This document shows, piece by piece, positions 29,101-37,814 of a stretch of DNA of 64,000 nt. Position 1 is the stretch's first letter; each line of letters opens with the position of its first letter. Below the pieces are notes generated by a model, which was not told the DNA's origin, did not search any database, and saw only the letters and a list, made by a program, of their open reading frames with translations. The stretch lies in the IMG/VR virus record IMGVR_UViG_3300042261_002390, positions 124,001-188,000 of that record. One strand, given 5' to 3'. The translations under genes and the position numbers were made by a program.

Positions 29101-30826
29101 AAGATTTGTTGACCAATTGTTATCAGCAACAATTATCTTACGAAGGGGTGGATTAATGGTCAGAAACAGCGTATTTACTAAACAAAAATTTATGTATAGA
29201 AGAGGCGTTAATTTATATGCCAATAATTCAACAACTACTGACAAAAGAGGAAACCCAATGTATGAATATCTTGGCGATGATGATGTGATTTTTAAAATTG
29301 TACAAGATATATTACCTCCTGAACCACCTAATCCACCAACATTATATGTCGATACTATTACAGGTGGTATTGGTAGTATTATTACTGGTGGTGAGAATAT
29401 TTTAGGTATTGAAGTAATTAATAAATATGGCGTTGATTATAGAAAGTGGAACGGTAGCTCTTGGGATACTTGGGTTCGAATAAGCGAATCAGGAACGCTA
29501 ATTTCTGATAGCTATTCAACAACAATATCTGATGTAACCCCAGATACTATGTATGAGTATCGAGCATTTGTTCAATCACCATATACTGGATACACTGGTC
29601 AATCAAAAACAATTACAACACCAGTAGTAGTACCAGACCCGGAAATATTTACAAAGAATGCTTCGGTAACTCAAACAACATTAGCTAGTGGTGGTGAAAA
29701 TATTGTTCGATATGCTGATGCTGATTATTATGGTATGCAATATAGAGTGCTTTACACAAGTACTTGGACTACAGTTCCAGCACCGTTATTGTCCACACCA
29801 TTGGTTACTAATAATTATGATTATCTTATAACTGGTTTGTCGCCGGAAACAGCATATGAATATCGTGCATATATGACCGTTGATGGCGTTCCATATTATG
29901 GTAATACTAAAACGACAGTAACGTCAGCAATTGCACCGACAATACCAACAGTAATTACTGGTGGTGCTCACGATGTGACTGATATTTGTATGCAAATTGG
30001 CGATAATTACGTTAGTGATAAGGGAAATGCTTGCATCACTGAATATGGCGTATTATACACTCAAAATCCCGCATATAGCTGTGCGTCATGTTTGGTCTAT
30101 GGTAATACACCTACATATGTGTGCAAAAAATCAATATCAAGTGATATTGGGGTGGGAACATGTTATTTCCCCGATGGTGTTCAATCAATTATTAATTTAG
30201 ACCCAAACACTCAAACATATTATAGAGCATATGCCACAAATAGTGTGGGCGTTGGATATGGATGTGTTAATTCTCAAGCTACATGCGTGTCATCAACAGT
30301 TCATACAGTATATTTAAGTGACGGTAATTACAATTCGTGTTCGATTTCAGCAGTTAATTCGTGTGCTAAAATTGTTATTGAGCCACCATTAACCCCGGGA
30401 CAAAGTTTTACATTATCTTACAGTAATAATGCATGCTCGACTACAGATACTGTAACTAGATTAATGTCAACATGCTCTTTTGTTTGTTGTGGTATTAATA
30501 AATTAGATTGTGCCAGTACAAATATCCCAGATAATTATAGTGCTTGTTCGTGTGATGTATCTGATAATAAGGTAGGAACAATAAATATCGACTATGCTAC
30601 TAATTTAAGTGATATTACATTTTATACGATAGCAAATAGTCACACATCGAACGCTTGTTTAGATTATAATAATTGTGCATCGACATGCATTACATCAATA
30701 AGCAATCCTGTTAATGGTACATTCCAAATTTCAGGAGATTTAAACAATCAATATATGTGCATTTATACCGCCAGTAATTTCACCGGAAATGAAAGTGGTG
30801 GTTTTGTACCATTTGAGATTGCATGA
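26144..30826 (+). CDS. Large baseplate/tail protein with FN3-like repeats and Cys-rich C-terminus
   Basis: IWRR-like ELWRRI..N..YFWKSKGTREAI (wedge/P2 gpI-like motif), three FN3-like units (TPDTMYEYRAF, LSPETAYEYRAY, LDPNTQTYYRAYATNSVG). GTG start after GTATTTATA. Confidence 0.8.
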   Translation: MAKVKVINNNLDQNLNGNTFTNVPSETIFSFGKFSITSNFDGRKYINYSDTLSSFVRPVTLENIGISDVESEIIYQYNTNAVLNLDKSDLNTFIRFGSAYEFLRVCIENIILTYPGSIFMNSQLSRNNNITYFDYIYDPVSNSSTFKIPMNCVMNTFGLVYNYGNNSIPDNNELKNLNFSYENYVVWTSMNPDDNTSNVIGFTGNTTGRNYLTLTVHGNPFSMITTDSAPLDFHIKPNNYVFEKFRAVLNEFEKYIVSSRVGMNGFEFVLKDPTLLDDGNITYSDIKLLWNTSDKYNIDINTPNYQKFLEIVLTVGVKYDKIKTDLIARFLTPSSIKAYDLTDEGKMTKLLRIYGREFDQIREFIDSLVYINKVTYDKVNNVPDQVVRNLSRTFGWDYFSLVNETELIESFLTVDENERDLNSDLLPAEIDIELWRRIIMNTNYFWKSKGTREAIKSMFLLIGIPEPFINITEYVYTVDGKINPNTVPFSINDFPTQSLPYDTEGYPKAPIEGNNYYFQISGDTDNGQTYFDLFRKVGFNLMRTPDNKKSWVESGATYRIDDSTPQYYQLDSKLVLNTKEVDVALDTARGIEYDVYNYIQKDYAINSSGYTLPYSYVNISLGVSGSQNTFPLPLNYSSEKVMGDLEVRFNGILLNAPKTGTTTGITYQADYSIDEVSKTFTILNGIYAKNNTLRRDVIQATFIYSGGTHSLSGLSVNYVVTRVKADVNGTVIPLPTYPRGDVQVTINGIALTKGTPQFIADYTLDPNNSTGSTNNQIIIQNPEVIAYLQINPEIQIAYVEVEGSNDIYARSEIVRVDSFNSSKIYLNQSANKYVYRLNYKANNASDIKVLIDGIALEPNTDYSINVQNLYEVFLPRGIKYGSVISVYYLVGANALFNPVISDVFGIGDISNLSFLEFIDLIQKRLVNSRNRKTISDFKGGWYPTLLRVYTEYLKRATLPEDNPLHSNGYTFANLYPFLSKYNAFFQRFVDQLLSATIILRRGGLMVRNSVFTKQKFMYRRGVNLYANNSTTTDKRGNPMYEYLGDDDVIFKIVQDILPPEPPNPPTLYVDTITGGIGSIITGGENILGIEVINKYGVDYRKWNGSSWDTWVRISESGTLISDSYSTTISDVTPDTMYEYRAFVQSPYTGYTGQSKTITTPVVVPDPEIFTKNASVTQTTLASGGENIVRYADADYYGMQYRVLYTSTWTTVPAPLLSTPLVTNNYDYLITGLSPETAYEYRAYMTVDGVPYYGNTKTTVTSAIAPTIPTVITGGAHDVTDICMQIGDNYVSDKGNACITEYGVLYTQNPAYSCASCLVYGNTPTYVCKKSISSDIGVGTCYFPDGVQSIINLDPNTQTYYRAYATNSVGVGYGCVNSQATCVSSTVHTVYLSDGNYNSCSISAVNSCAKIVIEPPLTPGQSFTLSYSNNACSTTDTVTRLMSTCSFVCCGINKLDCASTNIPDNYSACSCDVSDNKVGTINIDYATNLSDITFYTIANSHTSNACLDYNNCASTCITSISNPVNGTFQISGDLNNQYMCIYTASNFTGNESGGFVPFEIA

Positions 30827-30865
30827 TTTATAAAATAAATTGTATTTATAGTAAAATAATATAAA

Positions 30866-32665
30866 ATGGCATTTATTGAAAAAGAAAACCCTGTTGTGTT
30901 GAATATAATGTTAACTTCTAAGGGTAGAGAACAATTATCTACTGGAAATTTAACATTCAGTTATTTTGCTATTGGTGATAGTGAAATGGATTATAATTTT
31001 ATTCGAGAAGTTAATGCTGACCCAAATGTTGACCCTAAATACGTGTCGTTTGATTCTAGCATATTAAGACCAAAAGATAAGAATCCTAAAATCATTTCAT
31101 TTGTGCCAAGAAATTTGAGTGGTGACCCATATAATGAGATAGCAACAATATCGCCCATATCATATGATGTGGTAAATACAGCAAACCCAATTGGATTTTT
31201 TAGTGGAAATACTTTTATAATCGATGCATTACATGTTAAGCAGCCGGACATGATGATATACATGAGTGGTGCTACAGGTGGAACATCGTTATCAATACGA
31301 AAAGCACCTACTTTCGGTGCTAGTGGGAATGAACCAGCAATAAATGATTTATTGTTTGTGAAATGGAGTGCTGATGTCGATACTACCGGGCACACAATTA
31401 ATGATAATCTACCAACACCATATTTGATGTATCAAATTGTTGATAAAACGGGTACTTTGGCTGCAAATACATTAAAGGTTATTGTTGATAGAGAACTGCC
31501 TGATTTTAGTGCGTTTTCTCCTTCAAATGTTTCTGGGGCATTGTTATATTATAGTGGTTTAACATCACCTCATCAAATGTCACCCGATTATTTAACAGAA
31601 AGTGTTTTAGATTTTTTTAATAACTACCAATGTACAATTGATGCATATCCTTTTTGGAATATGACAATGGTGTATACTGAAGAATTAGCTGGGATACAAG
31701 CTGCCGATAGAAAATATACTCAATTTAATAGTAGGACATATGGTGGGTTTGTATCATACATTCAAAATCAATCACCAGTATATAAAAAATTGGGTATCAT
31801 ACACTATACAAATAATTCTCCGGCGAATACGTATGGTGAAGAATTTTATTTAAATACACCAACCATAACTATCCCAACAATTATGTGGCATAAAGCAAGT
31901 ACAACTAAATTAGGTGTTAGTTTTAGTGCGATTGGGAATGTTAAATTATTAACTGGCGATACTGTATCATTAAACATTGAATATTATGATTTGGGTGATA
32001 CTGATGGTAATATTATTGGTAAAGTATTCCCGGGACTTAAAATATTTGTCATTGAAGACCAAGAATTGTTGTTTGCTATGTCGTATAAGTCAAATAGGTC
32101 TTGGACACTACCAAATTATTTAGTGGGTGGTGGTAGTGGTATTATTCCTTGCCCAACTACAAGTACAACAACTACAACAACTACGGCAGGTCCTGTTATC
32201 CCGACAACTACTACAACTAGTACAACTACTACAAGCACAACTAGTACAAGTACAACTTCTACTAGTACAAGCACAACTAGTACAACTTCTACAAGTACTA
32301 GTACGACCTCTACAAGTACAACAACAACATTACCACCCGTAAAAACATTGGATGTTGTTAGCGTTGGAACACCTGATACTACATTAGATTATGGTATTAC
32401 ATTATCAAATACTACTGGCTCACCGATAACATTTAGATTACAAATATCGAATGAAACGCAAGCTGCTGGTGTATTCCATAATAGTGGTCAAATTATTGTA
32501 CCTGCTGGTACAGTTAATCAATATTATAGTGGTACGATTACTGGTTTCCCATTCTCTAATGCAAATGGCGATACAATTGATGCTAATTTGAGTGATGATG
32601 ATGGTGTGACATGGACTGCTTCATTTAATTTTGACCCACCATATACTTTGCCATATGGTGCATAA
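30866..32665 (+). CDS. Tail/baseplate protein with tail-collar-like N-terminus and long mucin-like Thr/Ser tract
   Basis: MLTSKGREQL...YFAIGDSE N-terminus, ~55-residue T/S tract, small beta-rich terminal domain. Confidence 0.75.
   Translation: MAFIEKENPVVLNIMLTSKGREQLSTGNLTFSYFAIGDSEMDYNFIREVNADPNVDPKYVSFDSSILRPKDKNPKIISFVPRNLSGDPYNEIATISPISYDVVNTANPIGFFSGNTFIIDALHVKQPDMMIYMSGATGGTSLSIRKAPTFGASGNEPAINDLLFVKWSADVDTTGHTINDNLPTPYLMYQIVDKTGTLAANTLKVIVDRELPDFSAFSPSNVSGALLYYSGLTSPHQMSPDYLTESVLDFFNNYQCTIDAYPFWNMTMVYTEELAGIQAADRKYTQFNSRTYGGFVSYIQNQSPVYKKLGIIHYTNNSPANTYGEEFYLNTPTITIPTIMWHKASTTKLGVSFSAIGNVKLLTGDTVSLNIEYYDLGDTDGNIIGKVFPGLKIFVIEDQELLFAMSYKSNRSWTLPNYLVGGGSGIIPCPTTSTTTTTTTAGPVIPTTTTTSTTTTSTTSTSTTSTSTSTTSTTSTSTSTTSTSTTTTLPPVKTLDVVSVGTPDTTLDYGITLSNTTGSPITFRLQISNETQAAGVFHNSGQIIVPAGTVNQYYSGTITGFPFSNANGDTIDANLSDDDGVTWTASFNFDPPYTLPYGA
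32155..32329 (+). repeat. Low-complexity Thr/Ser-coding repeat
   Basis: Repeated ACTAGTACAA(C/G) units encoding TTSTTTTTTT...TTTTTSTTTTSTTSTSTTSTSTSTTSTTSTSTSTTSTSTTT. Confidence 0.9.
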
Positions 32666-32669
32666 AATC

Positions 32670-32701
32670 CTTGCAAATTAGCTAATTATTTTGTAGTTTT
32701 G
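32670..32701 (+). promoter_or_regulatory. Bacteroidota sigma-type promoter for the glycosylation cassette
   Basis: CTTG-N20-TAGTTTTG, with the ATG only 4 nt downstream. Confidence 0.7.
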
Positions 32702-32705
32702 TATT

Positions 32706-33707
32706 ATGAAAGAATTAAGATTTGTAAGTGCTCAACCTGCTACGGACTATTATGCGTGGCAGGTTGAAGTAATGATTAATAATTTCCTTGAAATGGGAAT
32801 TAATGGAAATTATATCGATATAATTTGTATGATAAATAATAACGTGATTCCCGAAAAATGGTCGAAATTAGCTAATCATTATAATTTTGTTCGTTTCTTT
32901 TTTTATAATGATACTAGAAAATTAAAATTCTATCCATCTTCAACAAGACCAAATGCATTAAAACAACATTGGTTAACAAGACCAGAATTATTAGAGAATC
33001 ATATATTTTATCATGATTGTGATATTGTATTTACTAAGCCAATAGATTGGTCTAAGTTTTTGGATGACGATAATAAATGGTATGGGTCTGATACTCGTTG
33101 GTATATTTCTCATGATTATATCATATCAAAAGGTGAGGATATATTGGATAAAATGTGTGGAATTGTTGATATTGACAAGCAAATTGTAAAAGATAACGAA
33201 TTAAATAGTATTGGCGCACAATATTTAATGAAAGATATTGATTGGCAATTTTGGGATAGGGTTGAGCGTGATTCAGAACGATTATTTAAAGAAATTACCG
33301 ACATTAACAATTACAAAATATTCCTAGATAATCAAAGAATTGCTGATGAAAAAGCTAAAGGCATTAATGGATTACCACCATATCATCCATTACAAATATG
33401 GTGTGCTGACATGTGGGCAGTATTATGGAATGGATGGAAAATGGGTAAAGAAACGATTTGTAGTGAAGAATTACAATTTGCATGGGCAACGTCAGGTGAG
33501 GATGATTGGCATAAATTCAATATTTTTCATAATGCAGGAGTCACTGAAGAAATAAAAGCTACTGCGGAAAAGGAAGGATTATTTTATAAAGCAGATTATA
33601 TGAATAAACTACCATATAATGAAGAATTAAAAATTAAACCCCGCACTACAAGTTTAAAGTATTGGGAAATAATTAAGAAAACCGCAAAAAAATCAGTTTT
33701 ATTGTAA
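32706..33707 (+). CDS. GT-A glycosyltransferase resembling plant peptidyl-serine galactosyltransferase (SERGT1, GT96)/HPAT (GT95)
   Basis: Ordered motifs DYYAWQ, YPSSTRPNAL..HW, IFYHDCDIVF.KP (DxD), WCADMWA. Confidence 0.65.
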   Translation: MKELRFVSAQPATDYYAWQVEVMINNFLEMGINGNYIDIICMINNNVIPEKWSKLANHYNFVRFFFYNDTRKLKFYPSSTRPNALKQHWLTRPELLENHIFYHDCDIVFTKPIDWSKFLDDDNKWYGSDTRWYISHDYIISKGEDILDKMCGIVDIDKQIVKDNELNSIGAQYLMKDIDWQFWDRVERDSERLFKEITDINNYKIFLDNQRIADEKAKGINGLPPYHPLQIWCADMWAVLWNGWKMGKETICSEELQFAWATSGEDDWHKFNIFHNAGVTEEIKATAEKEGLFYKADYMNKLPYNEELKIKPRTTSLKYWEIIKKTAKKSVLL

Positions 33708-33708
33708 T

Positions 33709-34362
33709 ATGGAAAGAATAATACACCAAATTTGGGTTGGTTCTTATGAAATGCCCGAGAGAGAAAAATATTTTATGAAAAGGGTTAAAGAATTAAACCC
33801 TACATTTCAACATATGTTGTGGAATGATAATAATTTACCAAACCTACCTGATAAAATTAAAACACTTTGTGATGCGTTTAGAAAACAAAAAGATTATGCT
33901 CATATTGCTGATGTTTTGAGAATATTCCTCGTTAAAGAGTATGGTGGATTGTATATTGATGTGGATTTTAAACCGATGAAACCATTTACATTGTTTGATA
34001 ACAACAATAACTCAATGTTTGTATGTTATCATGGTGGTAATGATTATACTATGCCTAATGGTGTATTCGGTGGCAAAAAAAATTCAGAACAAGTAAATTT
34101 TATATATGAGTTAGTTGATATTGGAAAAAGTGGATGGTATGGACCTAGTTGGCTGGGTGGTGCAGTAAAACAATATTTAAAACTAGATTATGAAACAAAT
34201 CATGATATAGTTAAAATAAAATGTGCTGAAAACAATATCGATTACTGTTTATTTCCTGAGTTTGAGACATATTTCAAGCATTTAGCATTATATTCTTGGT
34301 CACCGGAAAATAAGAGAAATTTTGAAAATGGAAATATAAATTATTTAGAATGGACGAGATAG
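33709..34362 (+). CDS. Glycosyltransferase family 32 (Och1-like, DxD)
   Basis: RIIHQIWVG, LWND, YAHIADVLR, EYGGLYIDVD. Confidence 0.9.
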   Translation: MERIIHQIWVGSYEMPEREKYFMKRVKELNPTFQHMLWNDNNLPNLPDKIKTLCDAFRKQKDYAHIADVLRIFLVKEYGGLYIDVDFKPMKPFTLFDNNNNSMFVCYHGGNDYTMPNGVFGGKKNSEQVNFIYELVDIGKSGWYGPSWLGGAVKQYLKLDYETNHDIVKIKCAENNIDYCLFPEFETYFKHLALYSWSPENKRNFENGNINYLEWTR

Positions 34363-34970
34363 AAAAGATATTTTCTGGTGATAATCATTTATATGGTAGA
34401 ACCGATATTGATAATTTTAGCGTATCTGGATGTGGGTCTCAAATGGATGACTCCACATTAAACGTTAGAAATAATTTATATCAATTTTTAAATAAACATG
34501 GGATTAATAGTATTGCTGATATACCGTGTGGTGATTACTGGTGGATGAGGCATGTTAAATTATTTGAGATTGAATATATTGGTGGTGATATAATAACACC
34601 ACAAATTCAAAAAATGAAAAAAAACTTTCCATACGTTGATTTTAGAAGAATTGATATTCGATTAGACAAACTACCAACTGTCGATTTATTATTTTGTCGA
34701 GATTGTTTATTTCATTTTAGCTCAGTTGATAAGAAAATGGCATTACATAATTTTATAAATTCAGACATCAAATACATTCTAATGAGTAATCACCCTCTTT
34801 CAAATAAAAATAACGACATTGTTACGGGTGATTTTACACATATTAACTGGCGACTAGAACCGTGGAATTTTGGATTACCGATTGATATATTATATGATAG
34901 TAATGTAGGATATGATACTAAAGAATTACAACTTTACACAAAAAATCAAATTATTGAATTTTTATTATGA
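34350..34970 (+). CDS. Class I SAM-dependent methyltransferase
   Basis: SGCGS, SIADIPCGD..W, YIGGDI, DLLFCRDCLFHF. Confidence 0.88.
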   Translation: MDEIEKIFSGDNHLYGRTDIDNFSVSGCGSQMDDSTLNVRNNLYQFLNKHGINSIADIPCGDYWWMRHVKLFEIEYIGGDIITPQIQKMKKNFPYVDFRRIDIRLDKLPTVDLLFCRDCLFHFSSVDKKMALHNFINSDIKYILMSNHPLSNKNNDIVTGDFTHINWRLEPWNFGLPIDILYDSNVGYDTKELQLYTKNQIIEFLL

Positions 34971-35773
34971 ATAAAAGAGTTAGTTTTGTTTGTACAACAT
35001 ATAGAAGGTTTAGATGTGTTGAAAGAATTTTATTGCAATGCCGGGCACAAACATATCAAAATAAAGAATTGATTATCTTTAACACTGATGTTGAATATCC
35101 AATTACAATTGGATTTGATGATGTAAATATTGTGATTGTTAATAATAATACTGATTATCAAACCGGGAAACCTTATGAAAATAGAGGTCAAATTTGTCGT
35201 GATGCTGTAACACATGCAACAGGTGATTATTTCATGCTTGCAGATGATGATGATATTTATTTGCCTTGGCATCTTCAACAAGCTGTTGAGGGGATTGAAG
35301 AATTAGGTACTGATGCATGGAAACCGCAAAAGAGCTTATTCGCTACAAAGGAAAAGATTGAGTTATGCCAGAATACATTAGAAGCGAGTGTGATTGTTAA
35401 AATGCCTAGAATCAGGCAAATTGGGTTTAGAAGTGATATTACCGGATATGAGGGGTTAAGCTGGTATACTAAATTAAGAGATGAAGGTCAGTTGAATGAA
35501 AACAATTTGAATTATGTCCCATCATATTGTTTTAATTGGAGCGACCCACATGAACTTGCAGGACATAAGCAAAGCGGTGATATTAACAACCCCAATAATT
35601 TTGAAAACCATAAAAATGCCTCAAAGGATGTTGCTACGAAACCGTTGGAAATTAAATGCTTATGTGAATTAAATAATGTGTATGATAAATATTATGACTG
35701 GTTACAATCGAACTCAAATATTTTGAACACCGATTACTATGAAAGATATGTGAGGCAATTTATAACTAATTAA
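34967..35773 (+). CDS. Glycosyltransferase family 2
   Basis: VSFVCTTYRR, QTYQNKELII, ATGDYFMLADDDDIYLPWHL. Confidence 0.9.
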   Translation: MNKRVSFVCTTYRRFRCVERILLQCRAQTYQNKELIIFNTDVEYPITIGFDDVNIVIVNNNTDYQTGKPYENRGQICRDAVTHATGDYFMLADDDDIYLPWHLQQAVEGIEELGTDAWKPQKSLFATKEKIELCQNTLEASVIVKMPRIRQIGFRSDITGYEGLSWYTKLRDEGQLNENNLNYVPSYCFNWSDPHELAGHKQSGDINNPNNFENHKNASKDVATKPLEIKCLCELNNVYDKYYDWLQSNSNILNTDYYERYVRQFITN

Positions 35774-35806
35774 AATTATCAGTATTTATAGTAAATTTGA
35801 TTAACA

Positions 35807-36553
35807 ATGGCAATTGGTTATACAGTATTTACATCATATCTTTTAGAATCATATAGTGGATACAGCACTGCAGTTCACTGTAACTATATTAATTCATTAT
35901 TTTTAGATACAGCATATCCACAAATGCAAGAAGTATCGATTAGCTTTACAAATCCAAATGATTTTAAGTTTCTAAGTAATGATATTAATGCTGGAACTGG
36001 ATTTACTGCAAATAAAATCTATGCACTTATTCAGGTGGTTGATAATTTATTATTTGATAGTGTATCAAATGTTAAACCAACTGCTTCAGGGTGGACTAAA
36101 TATGATATTACTAATCAAATCACCGGGTATGTTTCAGGTAGTTTATTAACTGCAACGGGATTAACAAATCAAGTATTTAAAATTCCGTTACAACATTATT
36201 ATGATGACCCTGCAACATTATTTACTGCATATAACTTACATGACTATATTCAATATCCAACCAAAGAGGCATCTGATGATAATGATTTATGCTTTGGCGA
36301 TGAATTATTTTTCATGGGAAATGTTTCAACACAAATTAAAGCTGTTGCATATACTACTGATTTATCAATCAATTTACCTTTAAATGAATTCAATTCTTCC
36401 ACTAATGCAACATGGAATGAGGATAAGGTTTCAATTACTGAAATCGGCATTTATGACGCTAATAAAAACCTCGTTGCAATCGGAAAATTGAATAATCCAA
36501 TTGAAAAAGATTCAACAATTGCTAGGACTATTGTATTCTCTTTAGATTTCTAA
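35807..36553 (+). CDS. Tail/baseplate protein with tail-collar-like C-terminal motif
   Basis: ITEIGIYDANKNLVAIGKLNNPIEK...VFSLDF. GTATTTATA at 35782. Confidence 0.75.
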   Translation: MAIGYTVFTSYLLESYSGYSTAVHCNYINSLFLDTAYPQMQEVSISFTNPNDFKFLSNDINAGTGFTANKIYALIQVVDNLLFDSVSNVKPTASGWTKYDITNQITGYVSGSLLTATGLTNQVFKIPLQHYYDDPATLFTAYNLHDYIQYPTKEASDDNDLCFGDELFFMGNVSTQIKAVAYTTDLSINLPLNEFNSSTNATWNEDKVSITEIGIYDANKNLVAIGKLNNPIEKDSTIARTIVFSLDF

Positions 36554-36633
36554 TAAAAAAATCATAATTTTTTATACTTTTTTATAGTTTCTTAGTATTT
36601 ATTATAAATTACAATACTAATTAATTATAATAT

Positions 36634-36828
36634 ATGAAAGATGTTATGACTGAAGTTGAAAATAAACCCAAATCGATAATTATCGATGGTAGATTGCATA
36701 ATAGGTTTAAAATATTTTGCAAGGGAAAAAGCATGAAAATTGGAGGTGTTATCGAAGACCTGATTCGTTTATATTTGAACAATCCTAAAACCATGCAAAA
36801 AATGATTGATGAACAAAATGAAAACTAA
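36634..36828 (+). CDS. Ribbon-helix-helix DNA-binding protein
   Basis: KSIIID..LH.RFK..C....MKI..VIE.LI..YL. Confidence 0.7.
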   Translation: MKDVMTEVENKPKSIIIDGRLHNRFKIFCKGKSMKIGGVIEDLIRLYLNNPKTMQKMIDEQNEN

Positions 36829-36835
36829 TAATAGT

Positions 36836-37447
36836 ATGGAACAATATATCTGGTCACTTGATATAAGTACAACTAATATTGGTTGTGCATTGTGGGATTC
36901 AAATGGAAAACTTATTGAATTAAAGCATTTAGCATTGAAATTAAAAAAAGATGTCCCTATTGAAGACAGGGAAATTCACAAAGCTGAAATTTTTCGAAAA
37001 TATGTTTTAGAATTTAAAGAACGATTGTTAAATGAATTGAACGGTGAATTAATTCATGTTATTGTCGAAGAACCATTGGGCGGTAGTAATAATCCAACTA
37101 CTGCGTCATTATTGTTTGGCTTTAATGGTATATGTAGATACATAATATTTCAAGCATTTGATGTTCACCCAATGAAAATAAGTGTATATGATTCCAGAAA
37201 ATTGTTCTGTCCTGAATTGGTTCACGTTGCATACACTAAGAAAGGTGAGAAAAAAGAAACTCTTTCATTCCCCAAAGAATATATTGACAAAAAAAAGCTT
37301 TATATATGGAAAAAAGTTTGTAAATTAGAACCGCAAATCGAATGGTTTTATAAGAAAGATTCTACAGAACCAAAAGATGAGTGTTTTGACATGTCAGATA
37401 GTTATGCTGTTGGATATGCAGGACTTAAAGTTTTAAATGTTAAATGA
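36836..37447 (+). CDS. RuvC-like Holliday junction resolvase
   Basis: SLDISTTNIGCALW, IVEEP, DMSDSYAVG. Confidence 0.8.
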   Translation: MEQYIWSLDISTTNIGCALWDSNGKLIELKHLALKLKKDVPIEDREIHKAEIFRKYVLEFKERLLNELNGELIHVIVEEPLGGSNNPTTASLLFGFNGICRYIIFQAFDVHPMKISVYDSRKLFCPELVHVAYTKKGEKKETLSFPKEYIDKKKLYIWKKVCKLEPQIEWFYKKDSTEPKDECFDMSDSYAVGYAGLKVLNVK

Positions 37448-37752
37448 ATAAAATATACCTAATACAATCAACCGATGATAGCTGTTATAAGATAGGTGTG
37501 TCTAAACATCCACAAAAACGACTTGCCGAACACCAGACTGGCAATCCATCGCCATTAAAACTCATTGATACGTATCCATCCGATATAGCATATGAAATAG
37601 AAAAGGTATTACATCGAAAATATTCGTATGCAAAAAAAGAAGGCGAATGGTTTGATTTGGGGGTTCTTAATGAAGTGACATTTAAAAGTGAATGCCAAAA
37701 AATTGAGGAAAATCTGAAGTTTTTGAAAAAAAATGGTAATGTATTTATATAA
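37444..37752 (+). CDS. GIY-YIG/T5orf172-domain protein
   Basis: IYLI...YKIGVS..P.KRL...QTGNP...E..LH.......GEWF. Confidence 0.88.
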   Translation: MNKIYLIQSTDDSCYKIGVSKHPQKRLAEHQTGNPSPLKLIDTYPSDIAYEIEKVLHRKYSYAKKEGEWFDLGVLNEVTFKSECQKIEENLKFLKKNGNVFI

Positions 37753-37755
37753 AAG

Positions 37756-37787
37756 CTTGTGTTTTTGATATTTTCAAGTTAATTTTG
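37756..37787 (+). promoter_or_regulatory. Bacteroidota sigma-type promoter (tandem with late motif at 37741)
   Basis: CTTG-N20-TAATTTTG. Confidence 0.65.
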
Positions 37788-37814
37788 AAAATTATTTATA
37801 ATAAATATACGACT

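Noticed and set aside
32706-35773. DNA hypermodification (glucosylation-type) cassette
   Set aside because: Embedded in the tail module next to T/S tracts, with no base-hydroxymethylase/TET-type gene in the window. Disfavoured rather than excluded.
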